The notes below the pieces were generated by a model. The model did not search any database and was not told where the DNA came from. It was given only the letters and a program-made list of their open reading frames with translations. From the NCBI RefSeq assembly GCF_004010195.1, contig NC_057755.1, positions 12,208,966 through 12,272,965 on the forward strand: a DNA stretch of 64,000 bases. Direction: 5' to 3'. The stretch is from Chiloscyllium plagiosum. Its lineage: Eukaryota. The translations under genes and the position numbers were made by a program. Below, one piece after another: positions 25,471 to 38,489 of this stretch (the first letter of the stretch is position 1; each line of letters starts with the position of its first letter).

Positions 25471-26834
25471 ATGTACTATTATGCTATTATTTTTATGCTT
25501 CTGAGGTTTGCCTACATATGTCTTTCTGTCTCTTACTCACTGTTTGGGAGTGTATTGTACATCCCTAGAATACTGCTGTATTTTTTGTTTCTGGACTCTC
25601 ATTTTTGAAGGCTTCCCACCTTCCAGTCATCCCTTTACACTTAAATTCCTCACCATCTAAGCCTTTAACACTATGGCAGTCCCAGTCTTTGCTTCTCAAT
25701 TTCCTACCGATCACTTGGGCAGGTCTAAAGTGCAGTCCCAACAAGGTGATCATCCCCTTCTTATTTCTCAGTTCCACCCAAATAAGTTCACTGGACATAC
25801 TCCTAAGAACATCCTTCCTCAGTGCAGCAGTAATGTTATCCTTAATCAAATGCCTCATTACCCCTCCTCTCTTGCCCTTCTTTCTGTCGTTCCTACAGCA
25901 TTCATACCCTAAATATTTGGCTGCCAGTCCTGTCCATCCCTGAGTCACATCTCTGTAACAGCTGTAATATCCCAGTGCTATGTTCCCAATTCATCTGCCT
26001 TACTCGTCAGACTCTTGGATTGAAATAAAAGCAATTTAAATTATCAGCCCTACTCATTCATGAAAAATAAAAACAGGAGTAGTAGGCTATCTGACCCTTT
26101 TGAGTCTGTTCTGCAGATCATCCAAATCCGTAAACTGTTCCTGCTTCAACCACCGCCACCCCCACCGACGCATATTCTTTGATTTCCATCGCCTGAAGTG
26201 CTATATCCAATTCCTTGGCTCCCAGGTAGTGGAACGGCTTAGAGAGAGAGAGAGATTCTACAAAAAAAATCATCCAAAGCCACTCACTGTACCTTCTGCA
26301 AGCACCTGGGGAAATGATCATGGCTGGTCATCCAAGTCTGTATCCTGTTCCAGATTTCTCCTTTTATGCTTTGGTTCCTTTATCCATAAGAACCATATCT
26401 AACCCCTCTTTGTTTTGGCCTCACTGTTTCATATGGCAGTGAATTCTACATTCTGGGAAAAGAAACTTTTCATCTCAGTCCTAAATGGCCTACCCTGTCT
26501 CCTTAGATTGTAACCCAGGTTCTCGATGCTGCGTCATCAGGAACATGCTTTCTACATTTAACTAGTCTAGTCTGTTATAAATTTTAAAGATTTCTGAGAA
26601 TCTCCCTCATTCTTCTAAACTCCAGTCAATATAGTCCTAACAGGTCTAGTTTCTCCATTTGTCAGTGCTGCCATCCCAGAAATCAGTCTGGTAAACCTAT
26701 GTTGCATTCACTCCATAGCTAGAACATCTCTTCCTCAAATAAGGAGACCAAAAATGTGTACATATTCCAGCTGTGGTCTCACCAAGGCCTTTTAGAATTG
26801 CAGCAAGACATCCAATCCTCTCGCTATGAGACAA

Positions 26835-28415
26835 GATCTATATGTATTTAGATGCAAATGAACTTAGTAGTGATAGAGAGCATGGTTTAGTGCAGAGGAC
26901 GATGTGCCTTATTAACTTGACTGAGTTTTTTTTTTGAGGTGGTGATTGAGGGAAAAGTGGTTGAGGTTATCTACATGGACTTCACTAAAGCCTTTGACAA
27001 GGTTCCTCTTGGCAGACTGGTACAAAAGGTGAAGTTACATGGTAGCAGGGGTGAACTGGCAAGATGGATACAAACTGGCTTAGTCATAGGAGGCAGAGGG
27101 TAGTGGTGGAAGGATGCTTTTTGAATGAAGGGTTGTGACTAGTGGTGTTCCACAGGGGCCTCTGCTGTTCGTGGTGTACATTAATGATTTGGAAGAAAGT
27201 GTAGCTGATCCAATTAGTAAGTTTGCAATCAAGACAAAGATTGGTGGAGTTGTGAATAGATTGTCAGAGGATAGAACAGGATAGAGATCAGTTGGAGGCA
27301 TGGTCAGAAAAATGCCACAGTTGTTCAGTGGCACTGCTGCCTCACAGCGCCAGGGACCCAGGTTTGATTTTACCCTTGGGTAACTGTGTGTGGAGTTTGC
27401 TCATTCTCCCTGTAACTGCCTAAGTATCCTCCGGGTGCTCTGGTTTCCTCTCATCCAAAAATATGCAGGTTAGGTGGATTGGCAATGCTAAATTGCTTCA
27501 TGATGTGCAGGGTAGGTAGATTAGCCATGGGAAATACAGGATTATAGGAATAGGTTTGAGGGAATGGGTCTAGGTGGGATGCTTGTCAGAGGGTCAGTTT
27601 GGTCTCAATGGGCTGAAAGGCCTGCTTCTGGACTGCAGGAATTCTTAAAATAAAAAAGTGATGCATTTTGGAAGGTGGAAGTTAAAGTGGATGGCGGAAC
27701 CTTTAGGGATATTGATATGCGCAGTGATCTGGGTGTGCAGATCCACAAATCACTGAAGATGGCAGTGCAGGTAAATAAGGTAGTGGGAAGAAAAGCCTGT
27801 GGCATGCTTGCCTTCTTTGGAAGGGGCATTGACTATAAAGATAAGCAAGTTATGCTGCAGCTTCATAGTACTTTCTAGTTAGGCCACACTTGGACTATTG
27901 CATCCAGTTCTGATCACCACTCTAACAGAAGAATGTGAATGCTTTGGTGAGGGTATAGAAACAGTTTACCAGATGTTGCCTGATACGGGAGATTTTAGCA
28001 ATGGAGAAAGGTTGGATAGACTGGGTTTGTTTTCACTGGAATTCAGGAGGTTGAGGGGACAGAAGATAGAAGTCTATAAGATTGTGAATATCATGGATAG
28101 AATGGAAAGTATGAGGCGTTTTCCCCAGGATGGAGGGGTCAATTACTAAGGGACACCAGTTCAAGGTATGGTGGATGAATTTTGAAAGAGTTGTGCAAGG
28201 CAGGTTTTTCACACCAAGGGATGGATGTGCCTGGAACACACTGCCAGAGAAGTTGGTAGAAGCAGATACAATAGCAGCATTCAGAAAGCACCTGGACAAC
28301 TACGTGAATAGGAAGGGAATAGAGGGATACAGATCCTGTAAGTGAAGACAGTTTTGGTATGGAAGGGCAATTGTGTCGGCGCAGGCTTGGTTGGCAGGAA
28401 GGCATGTTCCTGTGA
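26835..28415 (+). mobile_element. CR1 RT and 3' end, with a SINE inserted at ~27315-27645
   Basis: YMDFTKAFDKV, SGVPQG, LGLFSLEFRRLRG remnants. Confidence 0.8.
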
Positions 28416-29419
28416 TGCGTTTCCTCCTTCACCCGCATTGTCTTTCTGCTGTACAAGGACATCCAGATCTGCTACCCTTCATTTATCTATCACTATTCAG
28501 TAACCTGTTTTTCTGTTTATGACCGAAGTGGATAATCTTACATAATACTTCATTTACCATGCATTGGTCCACTCAGTCAGCTTGCCCGAATTATACTGAA
28601 GCATCTCTGCATCTTCATTTCAGCTCACCCTCCCATCCAGCTTGTGTCATCTGCAAACTTGGAGATATTTCACCTGATTCCATCAACAAAATTATTAACA
28701 TATACATTATGAATAGCTGGGGTCCAAGCAGTGAACCCTGCAGTACACCACTGGTCATATTCTTCCTCTTGGAAAAAGGTTTCTTGTTTGCCAGCCAGTC
28801 GTAAGTCCATGTTAATATACTACCCCAGGCTACATGCTACTCCCTTATGTGGAACCTTATCGAAAGCCTTCAGAAAGTCCGAGTAAACCACTTCCACAGG
28901 TTCCCCCTTATTAAATCTGCTAGTTATATTATTTCAAAATTCCAGTAGATTTGTCAAGCATTTCCTTTCATAAATCTATGCTGACTCTGACTAATCCTGT
29001 CACTGCTTTCCAAGTATTCTGCTGTTAACTTTTTTTAATATAATGGAGTCTTGCCTGACATTGGGGGAAAATGTAACCGATCTATAATTTCCTGTTTCTC
29101 GTTCTATCCTTTTCTTTAAATAGTGGGGTTACATTAGCTATACTCCAATCCATAGGAACTGTTTGAGGCTAAAGAATCTTGAAAGATGATCACTAATGTA
29201 TCCACTACTCTAGGGCCACTTCTTAAGTACTCTGGGATGTAGATTATCTGCCCTCCTATTTGTACTGATTTCTTTTAGTTTAACCCTCCTCTTGCCAGAC
29301 CTTGTGTTTCTCAACATTTTTGGGACATTTGTGTCCTTCTTTGTGAAGACAGAATCAAATACGTTTTTAATTGTTCTGCCATTTTTGTTCTGAATTATTC
29401 ATGTGTTTCTGATATTTGT

Positions 29420-29765
29420 GTGGCATGATGGCTCAGTGGTTACAATTGCTGCCTCTCAGCGCCAGGGACCCTGGTTCGATTCCTGCCTCAGATGACTGTC
29501 TGTGTGGAGACAGTCTACATCCCAGAGTTTGCACATTCTCCCTGTGTCTGCATGGGTGTCCTCTGGATGCTTTGGTTTCCTCCCATAATCCAAAGATGTG
29601 CAGGTCAGGTGAATTGACCAGGCAAAATTGCCCATAGTGTTAGGTGCATTCATAATGGGTAAATATAGGGTAGGGGAATGGGTCAGGGTGGGTTCTTTGG
29701 ATGGTTGGTGTGGACTTGATGGGCCGAAGGGCCTGTTTCCATACTGTAGGGAATCTAATCTAATC
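29420..29765 (+). mobile_element. HE1/V-SINE copy
   Basis: Head, V core and AATCT tail. Confidence 0.82.
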
Positions 29766-29899
29766 AAAAAAATCTAATTTGTCTTAACTAATATTTTTCT
29801 TCTTCTCCTCACATCTGTAGAACTTTTACAGTCAGTTTGTATGTTCCTAGCAAACTTTGTCATACTCTATTTTCTCCCTTTTAATCAATTCCTTTGTAA

Positions 29900-32700
29900 T
29901 TCTTTGAAATCTAAAGTGTTCCAAATCCTTGTCTGCTGCCTATTCAAGAGTCACTTAAATGTACTTACTGTATCTGACTCGACTATCAATGCTGGCAGTG
30001 CTTCCACCCACCCACCACTCTGAATAAAGAACCTACCTCTGACATCTCCCCTAAACTTTCCTCCGATTACCTTAAAATTATGCCCCCCATTATAAACATT
30101 TCTCTGGCTATCCACTGTATCTATGCCTCTCAACATCTTGTGCACCTCTGTCAAGACGCCTGTCGTCATCCTTCACTCCAATGAGTAAAGCCCTAGCTCC
30201 CTCAACCTTTCTTCATAAGACATGCCCTCCAGTCTAGGCAGCATCCTGGTAAATCTCCTGTGCACCATCTTTTAAAGCTACAACATCTTTCCTGTAATGA
30301 GGCAACCAGAACTGAACAAAGTGTGGTCTAACTGGGACTCTATGGAGCTGCAGCATAACCTCGCAGTTCTTAAACTCAATCCCCCTGCTAATGAAAATCA
30401 GCGCACCAAATGCCTTCTTAACAACCCTGTCAACTTGGGTGGCAACTTTGAGGGATCAATGGAGATGGTCCCCATGATGCCTCTGTTCCTCCACACCGCC
30501 AAGAATCTAACAGTCAAATTCAACCTTCCAAAGCGAGTCACTTCACACTTTTCCAGGTTGAACACCATCTGCCACATCTCAGCCCAGTTCTGCATCCTGT
30601 CAACGTCTTGTTGCAACTTGCGACAGCCCTCCATGCTATCCATAAGTCTACCAATCTTCATGTCATTGGCAAACTTCCACCTCCTCATCAAATCACAGAG
30701 TAGACGTCTCCGAACAGATCCCTGCAAAACACCACTGCTCAGCAGGATCCACGCTGAATGCTTTCCATCAACCGCCACCCTCTGTCATCCATGGGCCAAC
30801 CAATTCTGTATCCAGACACAGATTTGCTTGTAAACTATGCCCCTTTCCTTTCTGAATGTGCCTACCATGGGAAACCTTATCAAAAGCCTTGTTAAAATCC
30901 ACGTATGCCACATCCACTGGTCTACGTTCATCAATGTATTTTGTCACATTCTCAAAGAATTCTGCCCCCTTCAAATTCATGGGAGAAAGTGAGGACTGCA
31001 GATCAGAATAGAGTGTGTTGCTGGAAAAACAGAGGGATAAGCCGCATCTGAGGAACAGGAGAATTGATGTTTCAGTCATAAGCCCTTCATCAGGAATCTG
31101 TCTGACCTAGCTCTAAAAGGCATGTTGACGATCTCAGATCAAACTATGGTTTTCCAAGTAATCATAAATCCTGTCTCTCAGATTCCTCTCCAATATTTTT
31201 CACATCACAGACGTAAGACTGAATGGTCTCTAATTCCCAGGATTATCTCTATTCCCTTTCTTGATCAAGGGAATAACATTTGCCACCCTCCAATCATTTG
31301 GTACTACTCCACTGGACAGTGAGGGCGCAAAGGTCATTGCCAAAGGTGCAGCAATCTCTTCCCTCGCTTCCTGTAGAAACCGAGGGTATATCCTGTCTGG
31401 CCCAGAGGACTTATCAATCCTTATGTTTTTCAAAATTTCCAGCACATCCTCCTTCCTAATATCAACCTTATCTAGCATATCAGTCATTCATGCTGTCCTC
31501 GGAAACATCAAGGTCCCCCTCAGTAGTGAATATTGAAGCAAAGTACATGTTAAGGACCTCCCCTTCTTTCGACTCCAGGCGCAAGTTCCACTATCCCTGA
31601 TTAGACCTACCCTCACTCTAGCCATCCCCCTGTTCCTCACGTAAATGTAGAATGCCTTGGGGTTTTCCTTAATCCTACTCACTAAAGATTTTTCATGCCC
31701 TCTTCTAGCTCTTCTAAGTCCATTCTTCAGTTCCTTCCTGGCTACCTTGTAACCCTCTAAAGCCTTGTCTGATCCTTGCCTCCTCAACCTTAAATAAGCA
31801 TCCTTCTTTCTCTTGACTAGATGTTCCATATGTCTTGTCACCCAAGGTTCTTTCAACCTACCATCCCTTCCTTGTCTCGGTGCTGGACAGGTTTGTCTCA
31901 CTGCCAGCAGGTGCTTCCTAAACAACCTCCACATTTCTGTTGTGCATTTTCCTGAGAACATCTGTTCCCAATCTAGGTGCCCCAGTTCCTGCCTAATTCC
32001 CCCCTCTCCCAATTAAATGCTTTCTCCTACCATCTGCTCCTATCCTTATCCATGAGTATATAAAGGTTATGGAGTTGTGATCACTATCACTGCAATGCTT
32101 TCTGCTGAGAGATCGGATACCTGACATGATTCGTTGTCGAGCACCAAAACAAAAATGGCCTCCCACTGTTCAGTCTATTTACATATTGCTTCAGGAACCC
32201 TTCCTGAACACATTTGACAAAAAACTGCTCCATCCAAACTATTTGAACTAAGTAGGTTCCAATTTATATTTGGGAAGTTAAGGTCACCCATGATGACAAC
32301 CCTGTTACTTCTACACATTTCCAAAATCTGCCTCTCAATCTGCTCCTCTGTCTCTGTTGCTACTTTGGGGCCTGTATTTTTTGTTAAAAAAAATCTTCCC
32401 ATTAAAGTGACTTTTCCTTTTCTGTTGCTGACTTACACCCACACTGACTCTGTGGACAAACCCTCCTCGACGATCTCCCTTTCTGTAGCTGTGGTACTAT
32501 CACTGATTAGCAATATTATCCCTCCTTACTGTGGTAATTGACTCCTTGATCAATATTGCAACACCCCTTCCTCTTTTGTGGCAAAGCTTTCCCGCCCACC
32601 CATCTTGCCTGAAGATTCTGTGCCCCAGAATATTGAGTTGCCAGTCCTGTTCCTCCTCCAGTAGTGTGATATCATTGTTATCATGGAGACATCTCCACGT
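29900..32700 (-). mobile_element. CR1 LINE ORF2, near full length and decayed; PLE end inserted at ~30983-31098
   Basis: VVIMGDLNFPNINW, KSSGPDRIYPR, YVDFNKAFDKV, SGVLQGSV, KFANDMKIG. Confidence 0.88.
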
Positions 32701-33463
32701 GTCAATCAATACTCCTTCCCCATTCATCTGTTCAAACTGCCCTTGTTAATTTCTTATGATGCTGGTGAGACTGATCTTCCAATTCAGCCTTTATTACCCA
32801 GAGATATTGGTAAGGCTTCACCTGGATTGTTTTGGTAATGGTGCTCTCAAAATGCAATTAGGCAGGAATTTCAAGATAGTATCTCCAAGACAATGAAGGG
32901 CATCTTCATTATGTACTCCCTTAGCTGGAACTCTGGGAGTAGCACTCAGACCGGAGGCAGAAGTTTATAGGTTTAACACTTCACTGTACTGAAGGAGTGC
33001 CACATTATTGGAAATGTTGCTTGTTTGGAGTAAACTTTAACCTGCTCCCTCAGATGGTAGAAGGCCCCATAACACTCTAAGAGCTAGGGAGTTCTCCTGA
33101 TGTCGTGGTGAATATCTCTGATCACGCATGTTCCTTCCTTCCTTTATTCTCTGCGAAAAGCTGGTCTGACATGTGAAACTCTGACCTCAACCACAGGTGG
33201 ATTGCTTATCTTTATTGCAGAAACATTTTTAAAAACTCATCAAAGGATTGCAAAGGCTTTAAGTTTAAACTGCTACGCGGGATTTCCAGCCAGGAGTAAA
33301 TTGACGCTGCTTTTTTTTTCTTCTTTATTTATAGCCCATTGTCGATATGGTGTCAGGAAAGTAGCATCCTGATTGTTATGGGCTTTCAGCTTTATTTTGA
33401 GATTATTTCTGAGATTCTACTTGTAAGCCAGTGATCTCATTTACTGCTTTCCTTTCCCTCCAG

Positions 33464-33628
33464 ATATTTTCTGAGAGTAACAATAGTGCGAAGCTTAAGT
33501 GACTTGGTAAAGGAATATGATCTGATTGTGCACCAGCTCGCCACATATCCAGATGTCAACAACTCCATCAAAATGGAAGTGGGCATTGAAGACTGCTTAC
33601 ACATAGAGTTTGAATATAACAAATCAAA
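33464..33628 (+). CDS. VPS26A: VPS26A exon 5 equivalent, YFLRVTIVRSLSDLVKEYDLIVHQLATYPDVNNSIKMEVGIEDCLHIEFEYNKS(K)
   Basis: pyrimidine tract + cAG / GTGAGT, 165 bp, hallmark IKMEVGIEDCLHIEFEY motif. Confidence 0.97.
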
Positions 33629-33704
33629 GTGAGTCACAGTGTTTGGAGATAATGCTTTAGATTTGAATCTTGGTTCTCACTTACATTGTTAGGTGTATCA
33701 GCCA

Positions 33705-34525
33705 TTCAGTCATGCCTCTGAGTCGCAAAGTTATAGTTTCAGGTCCCACTCCAGGACTATAAGATGTAGAAGTAGTCCATTTGACCTATTGAGTCTGCTC
33801 TGTCATTCAATGCGATTGTAACTGACCTGATAATCCTCAACTCCGCTTTCTTGCCTTTACTGACAATCTTCTATATCCTTAATGACTAAAGATCTGTCTA
33901 TCTCAACGTTTGAGCTTTGACAACCCCCTCCGTTAAAGAATTCCATAAATTCACTACCCTCTTGAGAGAAGAAATTTCAACTCAACTGTCTTAAATGGCT
34001 GACCCTTTATTCTGAGATTATGCCCAGTAGTCTTACAATGCCCTACAATGGGGAAACAACATGAAAGCCCATTAAAAAAATTTGTACGTTTCAATAAAAT
34101 CATCCCTCATTCTTCTAAACTTGAGTGAGTACTAGCCCAACCAATTCAGCCTTTCTTGATAAGAAAGTCCCTCCAACACCTCTCCTCTCCTCCCCACCCC
34201 CACCGTTTCAAGCTGGTGAACCTTCCCTGGTCAGCCTCCCATGTCAGTATATCTTCCCTTGCACAAGGATCCCAAAAATGTACACCATCTGGGGAGATAA
34301 ATGTTGGTCGAAACTCCTCTGCAGTACTTAGCACTGTTGAAAGTGCCACTTTTTTTTATTGAACTCTCAAACCAAGGCCCTGTCTAGTGGGCACAAAAGA
34401 TCCCTTAGCACTACTTCAAAGAAATGCAGGGTACTGGCCAATATTTAACCCACAGATCAACATTACAAAAACAGATTATCTGGTTAATATGTTTGTGAAG
34501 CTTGATGTGTGCAAATTGTTTTCTT
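33705..34525 (+). mobile_element. Deu-domain SINE (SacSINE1-like) split by a minus-strand CR1 3' fragment (33760-34300); related remnants at ~32940-33130 (+) and ~45530-45695 (-)
   Basis: Head GCCTCTGAGTC...GTCCCACTCCAG; core AAAAGATCCC..GCACTA...TGGCCAATATTTA..C recalled as the DeuSINE domain. Confidence 0.55.
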
Positions 34526-36365
34526 CTCTACATTCTCAACAGTACCTCATTAGCTGATAAACTAATATGGAATACCCAGTAGTTGTGAAAGTACAAGTGC
34601 AAGTCTGCCCAAATCAGGTGGTGGAATGATTGTGAGAGGAACTGCTGGGTGGTGTGTTTTGATGGATCTACTGCTCTCAGCCATTTAGGGGAAAAGCTCA
34701 TGGGGTTTGGAAGAAACCTTGGTAAGTTACTGAAGTACATCTTGTAGATTGTACACACCGCTGCCACAGTTGGTGAAGGGAGTGAGCGTTGAAGGTTGAG
34801 TTTGGGGTGCCATTCAGTTCGGCTGTTTTGTCCTGAATAGTGTCAAGCCTCTTGTGTTATTTGAACTGCTATGAACTGGGGAGTGTTTTATCATGTTCTT
34901 GATTTGTGCCTTGTAGTTGGTGGACAGGGTTTGGGGAGACAAGGTGACCTGCTCTTTACTCACGATTTTTCTGGCCAGTCCAGTTCAGTTTCTGGTTAGT
35001 GGTACCCCCCAGGATTTGGATTTTTAAAAAGTGCTGAAGGGATTCAACAGATATGGCAGCATCTGGAGAGAGGGAAATTGAGTTAACATTTTTAGTCTAA
35101 TCTGACTTTTCGTACCAGATTTGAAACATTACATCTGTTTCTGTCTCCACAGGTGGTGCCTGACCTGTGAGTTTCTCCAACACATTTTTTTATTTCAGAT
35201 TTCCAGCATTCGAAGGATTTTGCTTGTATCCTATTATATAGATAGTGGGGAGATTTAGCTCTAGAGGGCCTTGGTGAGACCACACGTATTTTTTGGGATT
35301 TTGGAGAACACTTTAATTTTGGGTTGTAGGTTAGGTTATCTGTTCGTTGAGGTGGTGGTTTGTTCTCGGACGTTTCATCACCATGTGAACTTCCAGTGAA
35401 GCGCTGGTGTACTGTCCTGCCTACTATTTGTGTCTTGGGGTGTTGTGGTGGGTGATATCACTTCTCGTTCTGTTTCTGACAGGTTGGTAAATGGGGTCGA
35501 AATCTATCTGTTTGTTAATGTGTTTGTAAATGTAGGGTAGGGGAATGGATCTGGAATGGTTACTCTTTGGAGGGTCAGTGCGGACTTGTTGGGCCAAAGG
35601 ACCTGTTTTTATACTGTAGGGAATCTAATATAAAAACTTCCGCAGACCTCAAAGGTTCACTTGTGGCATCGACTTCTGGAAAAAGAAGTCAATTCTGTGA
35701 ATGATGTTGGCACATCAGTCATATGCATGGATCCTTGGAGCCACTGTGTGTGTAGCTTGGAGGGACTGCTGAATGGGGATTTGGAACCCCCCTCCAGTTC
35801 TGAGACAGTGAGGCATTGCTTGATTAGCTCCTCGTCCTTTTTACCTCTGGCCTTTACTGAAGTACACCAAACCCTGCTTTTGGATTGCATTTACTTTTCA
35901 AATGACTCATGCTATTTTCAATTATCCAGAGCTGGGTGGAGGCCGACTGCTTGTTACCAGCCCCCTTGTGTCAGTTTTGGACAATATCTATCCAATGCAC
36001 TCAGAAGCTTCTAGAAGTATGATCATTTACTTAGCCTCGACCATGTTGTATCCATCAACATTGTCCATTTTTAAAATAATTTCTGTGAAAATATAAAGCA
36101 TATACATTTTCTTTGGGATTATTCTTCATGCCGTCTGGCTATGAAATGTATTTGATTTTCTTTATCAACCTTTTGTGCAAAAGCTTATCTTCTTTAAATG
36201 TATATCCCAGCCTATTTTGAATATGTTCAGTGACTGACCACTACGATACCCAAATCACAAGTATAAAACTTATGGTCTACCAAGCCATGTCTCTGGAATT
36301 TGACTTGTTCAGAATTGTCATCATCTGGGATCATAATACCAGGTTTGATTTTGCTTTGTTAATAG

Positions 36366-36472
36366 ATATCACTTGAAGGATGTGATTGTTGGTAAGATCT
36401 ATTTCCTATTGGTGAGAATCAAAATCCAACATATGGAACTTCAGCTGATCAAAAAAGAGATCACCGGTATTG
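36366..36472 (+). CDS. VPS26A: VPS26A exon 6 equivalent, YHLKDVIVGKIYFLLVRIKIQHMELQLIKKEITGI(G)
   Basis: aatAG / GTAAGG, 107 bp; visible in ORF 36373..36573. Confidence 0.97.
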
Positions 36473-36573
36473 GTAAGGAGAACAATGTGAACCTTCTGTT
36501 GGATTCAATGTGCACTGTTGTCTGGCACCAGGATACTCTGCTGTCTGATGAGTGTTGCTTCTTTTTTGACTAG

Positions 36574-36642
36574 GGCCCAGCACAACCACAGAGACGGAAA
36601 CTATTGCAAAGTATGAAATAATGGATGGAGCTCCTGTTAAAG
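36574..36642 (+). CDS. VPS26A: VPS26A exon 7 equivalent, (G)PSTTTETETIAKYEIMDGAPVK(G)
   Basis: ttttttgactAG / GTGAGG, 69 bp, follows a 101 bp intron. Confidence 0.97.
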
Positions 36643-38489
36643 GTGAGGTGTCTAGCTCCATTATAACTATCTCCACTGAAACCTAAACACCCTTTGTTGG
36701 ACTAAAACAAGGTTGGTCAGCTTCTGAGAAATTGGAGCAGGCTCATTAGGAAGTGGTTGAGGAAGGGAGCTCATTTCTGCACAAAATAAAGTATACATAT
36801 TAAACTTGTCTTTCAGACATTTATTTTATTCCCCTTCTTGCCCTGTCTCCAGGATATTTCTCTTGCAGCTAGTTGTTCCACATATTTTAACTAGTTTCAC
36901 AAGCCATTTGGTTACTTTTAATGATTTACCAATAAATAATGTAAGAGTACTGAAGAGCACAGACTTTAGTCTGGTCAATGTTGACATGTGAAGAGGATAT
37001 TGATTTCTTTGGTTTGGAATTCTTGGTCACTGCTTGCTACTTCTCAGTTTGAGCTATGTCTTTTGGTTCGTTGAGATACAATGTGATTGTGACATTGAAC
37101 TATGGAATCTCACAGAGCTTTGTCTCCGGACAGACTATTTTTAATTGTGCACCAGCATGATGAAGCATTGGTGGCTATGTGCCTGTCACTGATGAAGGTG
37201 TAGTTAGCATGACCTAATGGGGTGAGGATGTTGGCTGAAGTGACTGTTCAGCTCAAGTATACGGGTCCTGAGAGCTAACTCTTGCTACTAGTCTGTCAAC
37301 CACAGCAGAGTCCATCCACTGTACAGCAGTGAAGGAAGAACAAGCTTTCAATGCTTCTGTTGAATCTTTGAGGTGAATGACTGATACATTTGAGAACTTC
37401 AACATAGAATCCTTCAGATTATTGCTGTTTTTATTCACTTGTGAAATGTGGGTTTTGCTAACTGAGCCAGCATTTGTTACCTGTCCCTAGTTGGCATGAG
37501 AAGATGGTGATGAGCTGTCATCTTGACTGCAGTCATGTGCTGTAGGTAGACCCACAATTCTGGAGGGAATTCCAGTGATAGTGAAGGAACCCAATATATT
37601 CCCAAATTAGACTGGTGAGTGGCTTGGAGGAGAACCTGCAGGTGGTGTTTCCAAGTATCTGCTGCTCTTGCCTCTTAGATGGAAGTGGTCATGGGCTTTG
37701 AAAGTGCTGTCTCAGAATCTTTGGTAAATTTTTGCAGTTCATCTTGTAGATAGTACATACTGCTGCTACTAAGCATAGTGTTGTGGAGAGAGTGGATGTT
37801 TGTGGATATGGTGCCAGTCATGTGGGCTGCTTTGTCCTGAATGTTGTCAAACATCTTGTGTTGTTGGAGCTGCAGCCATCTAGGCAAGTGGGAATTACTC
37901 CATCATACCTTGTGCCTTTTAGATAGTGGACAGACTTTGAAGAATTAGGAAATGAGTTATTTGCTGCAGTATTCCTAACCTCTGACGTGTTTTTGTAGCC
38001 ATGGCAATTATATGGTGAGTCTGGTTGACTTTCTGGTCAATGATAACTCCCCAGGATGTTAATAGTGAAGCAAGTGTTAATGATAACACCATTGAATGTT
38101 AAGGGGTGATGGTTATATCATCTCTTAACAGAGGTGGTCTTTGCCTAGCATTTGAGAGATGTGAATTGTCACTTCAGCCCAAGCCTGGATACTGCTGGAA
38201 AAGCGCAGCAGGTCAGGCAGCATCAAAGGAGCAGGAGAATCGACGTTTTGGGTATAAGCCCTTCTTCAGGAATGAATCTGGATACTGTCCAGGTCTTGTT
38301 GCATTTGAACATGTTCTCAAATGTTTCAGTATCCGAGGGGTCCTGAATCATGCTGAGCAATTGTTGGCAAACATATTCACTTCTGACTTTTTGGCAGAGG
38401 GAAGTTCATTGAAGCAGCTGAGATTAGTCGTGTCTGAGACTGAGGAACTCCTGCAGTGATGTCCTGGAGATGAAATGACTGTCCTCTGA

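Noticed and set aside
36473..36573. snoRNA or hammerhead in the 101 bp intron (CTGATGA near 36544)
   Set aside because: No properly placed C/D box pair with terminal stem, and no downstream stem II + GAAA
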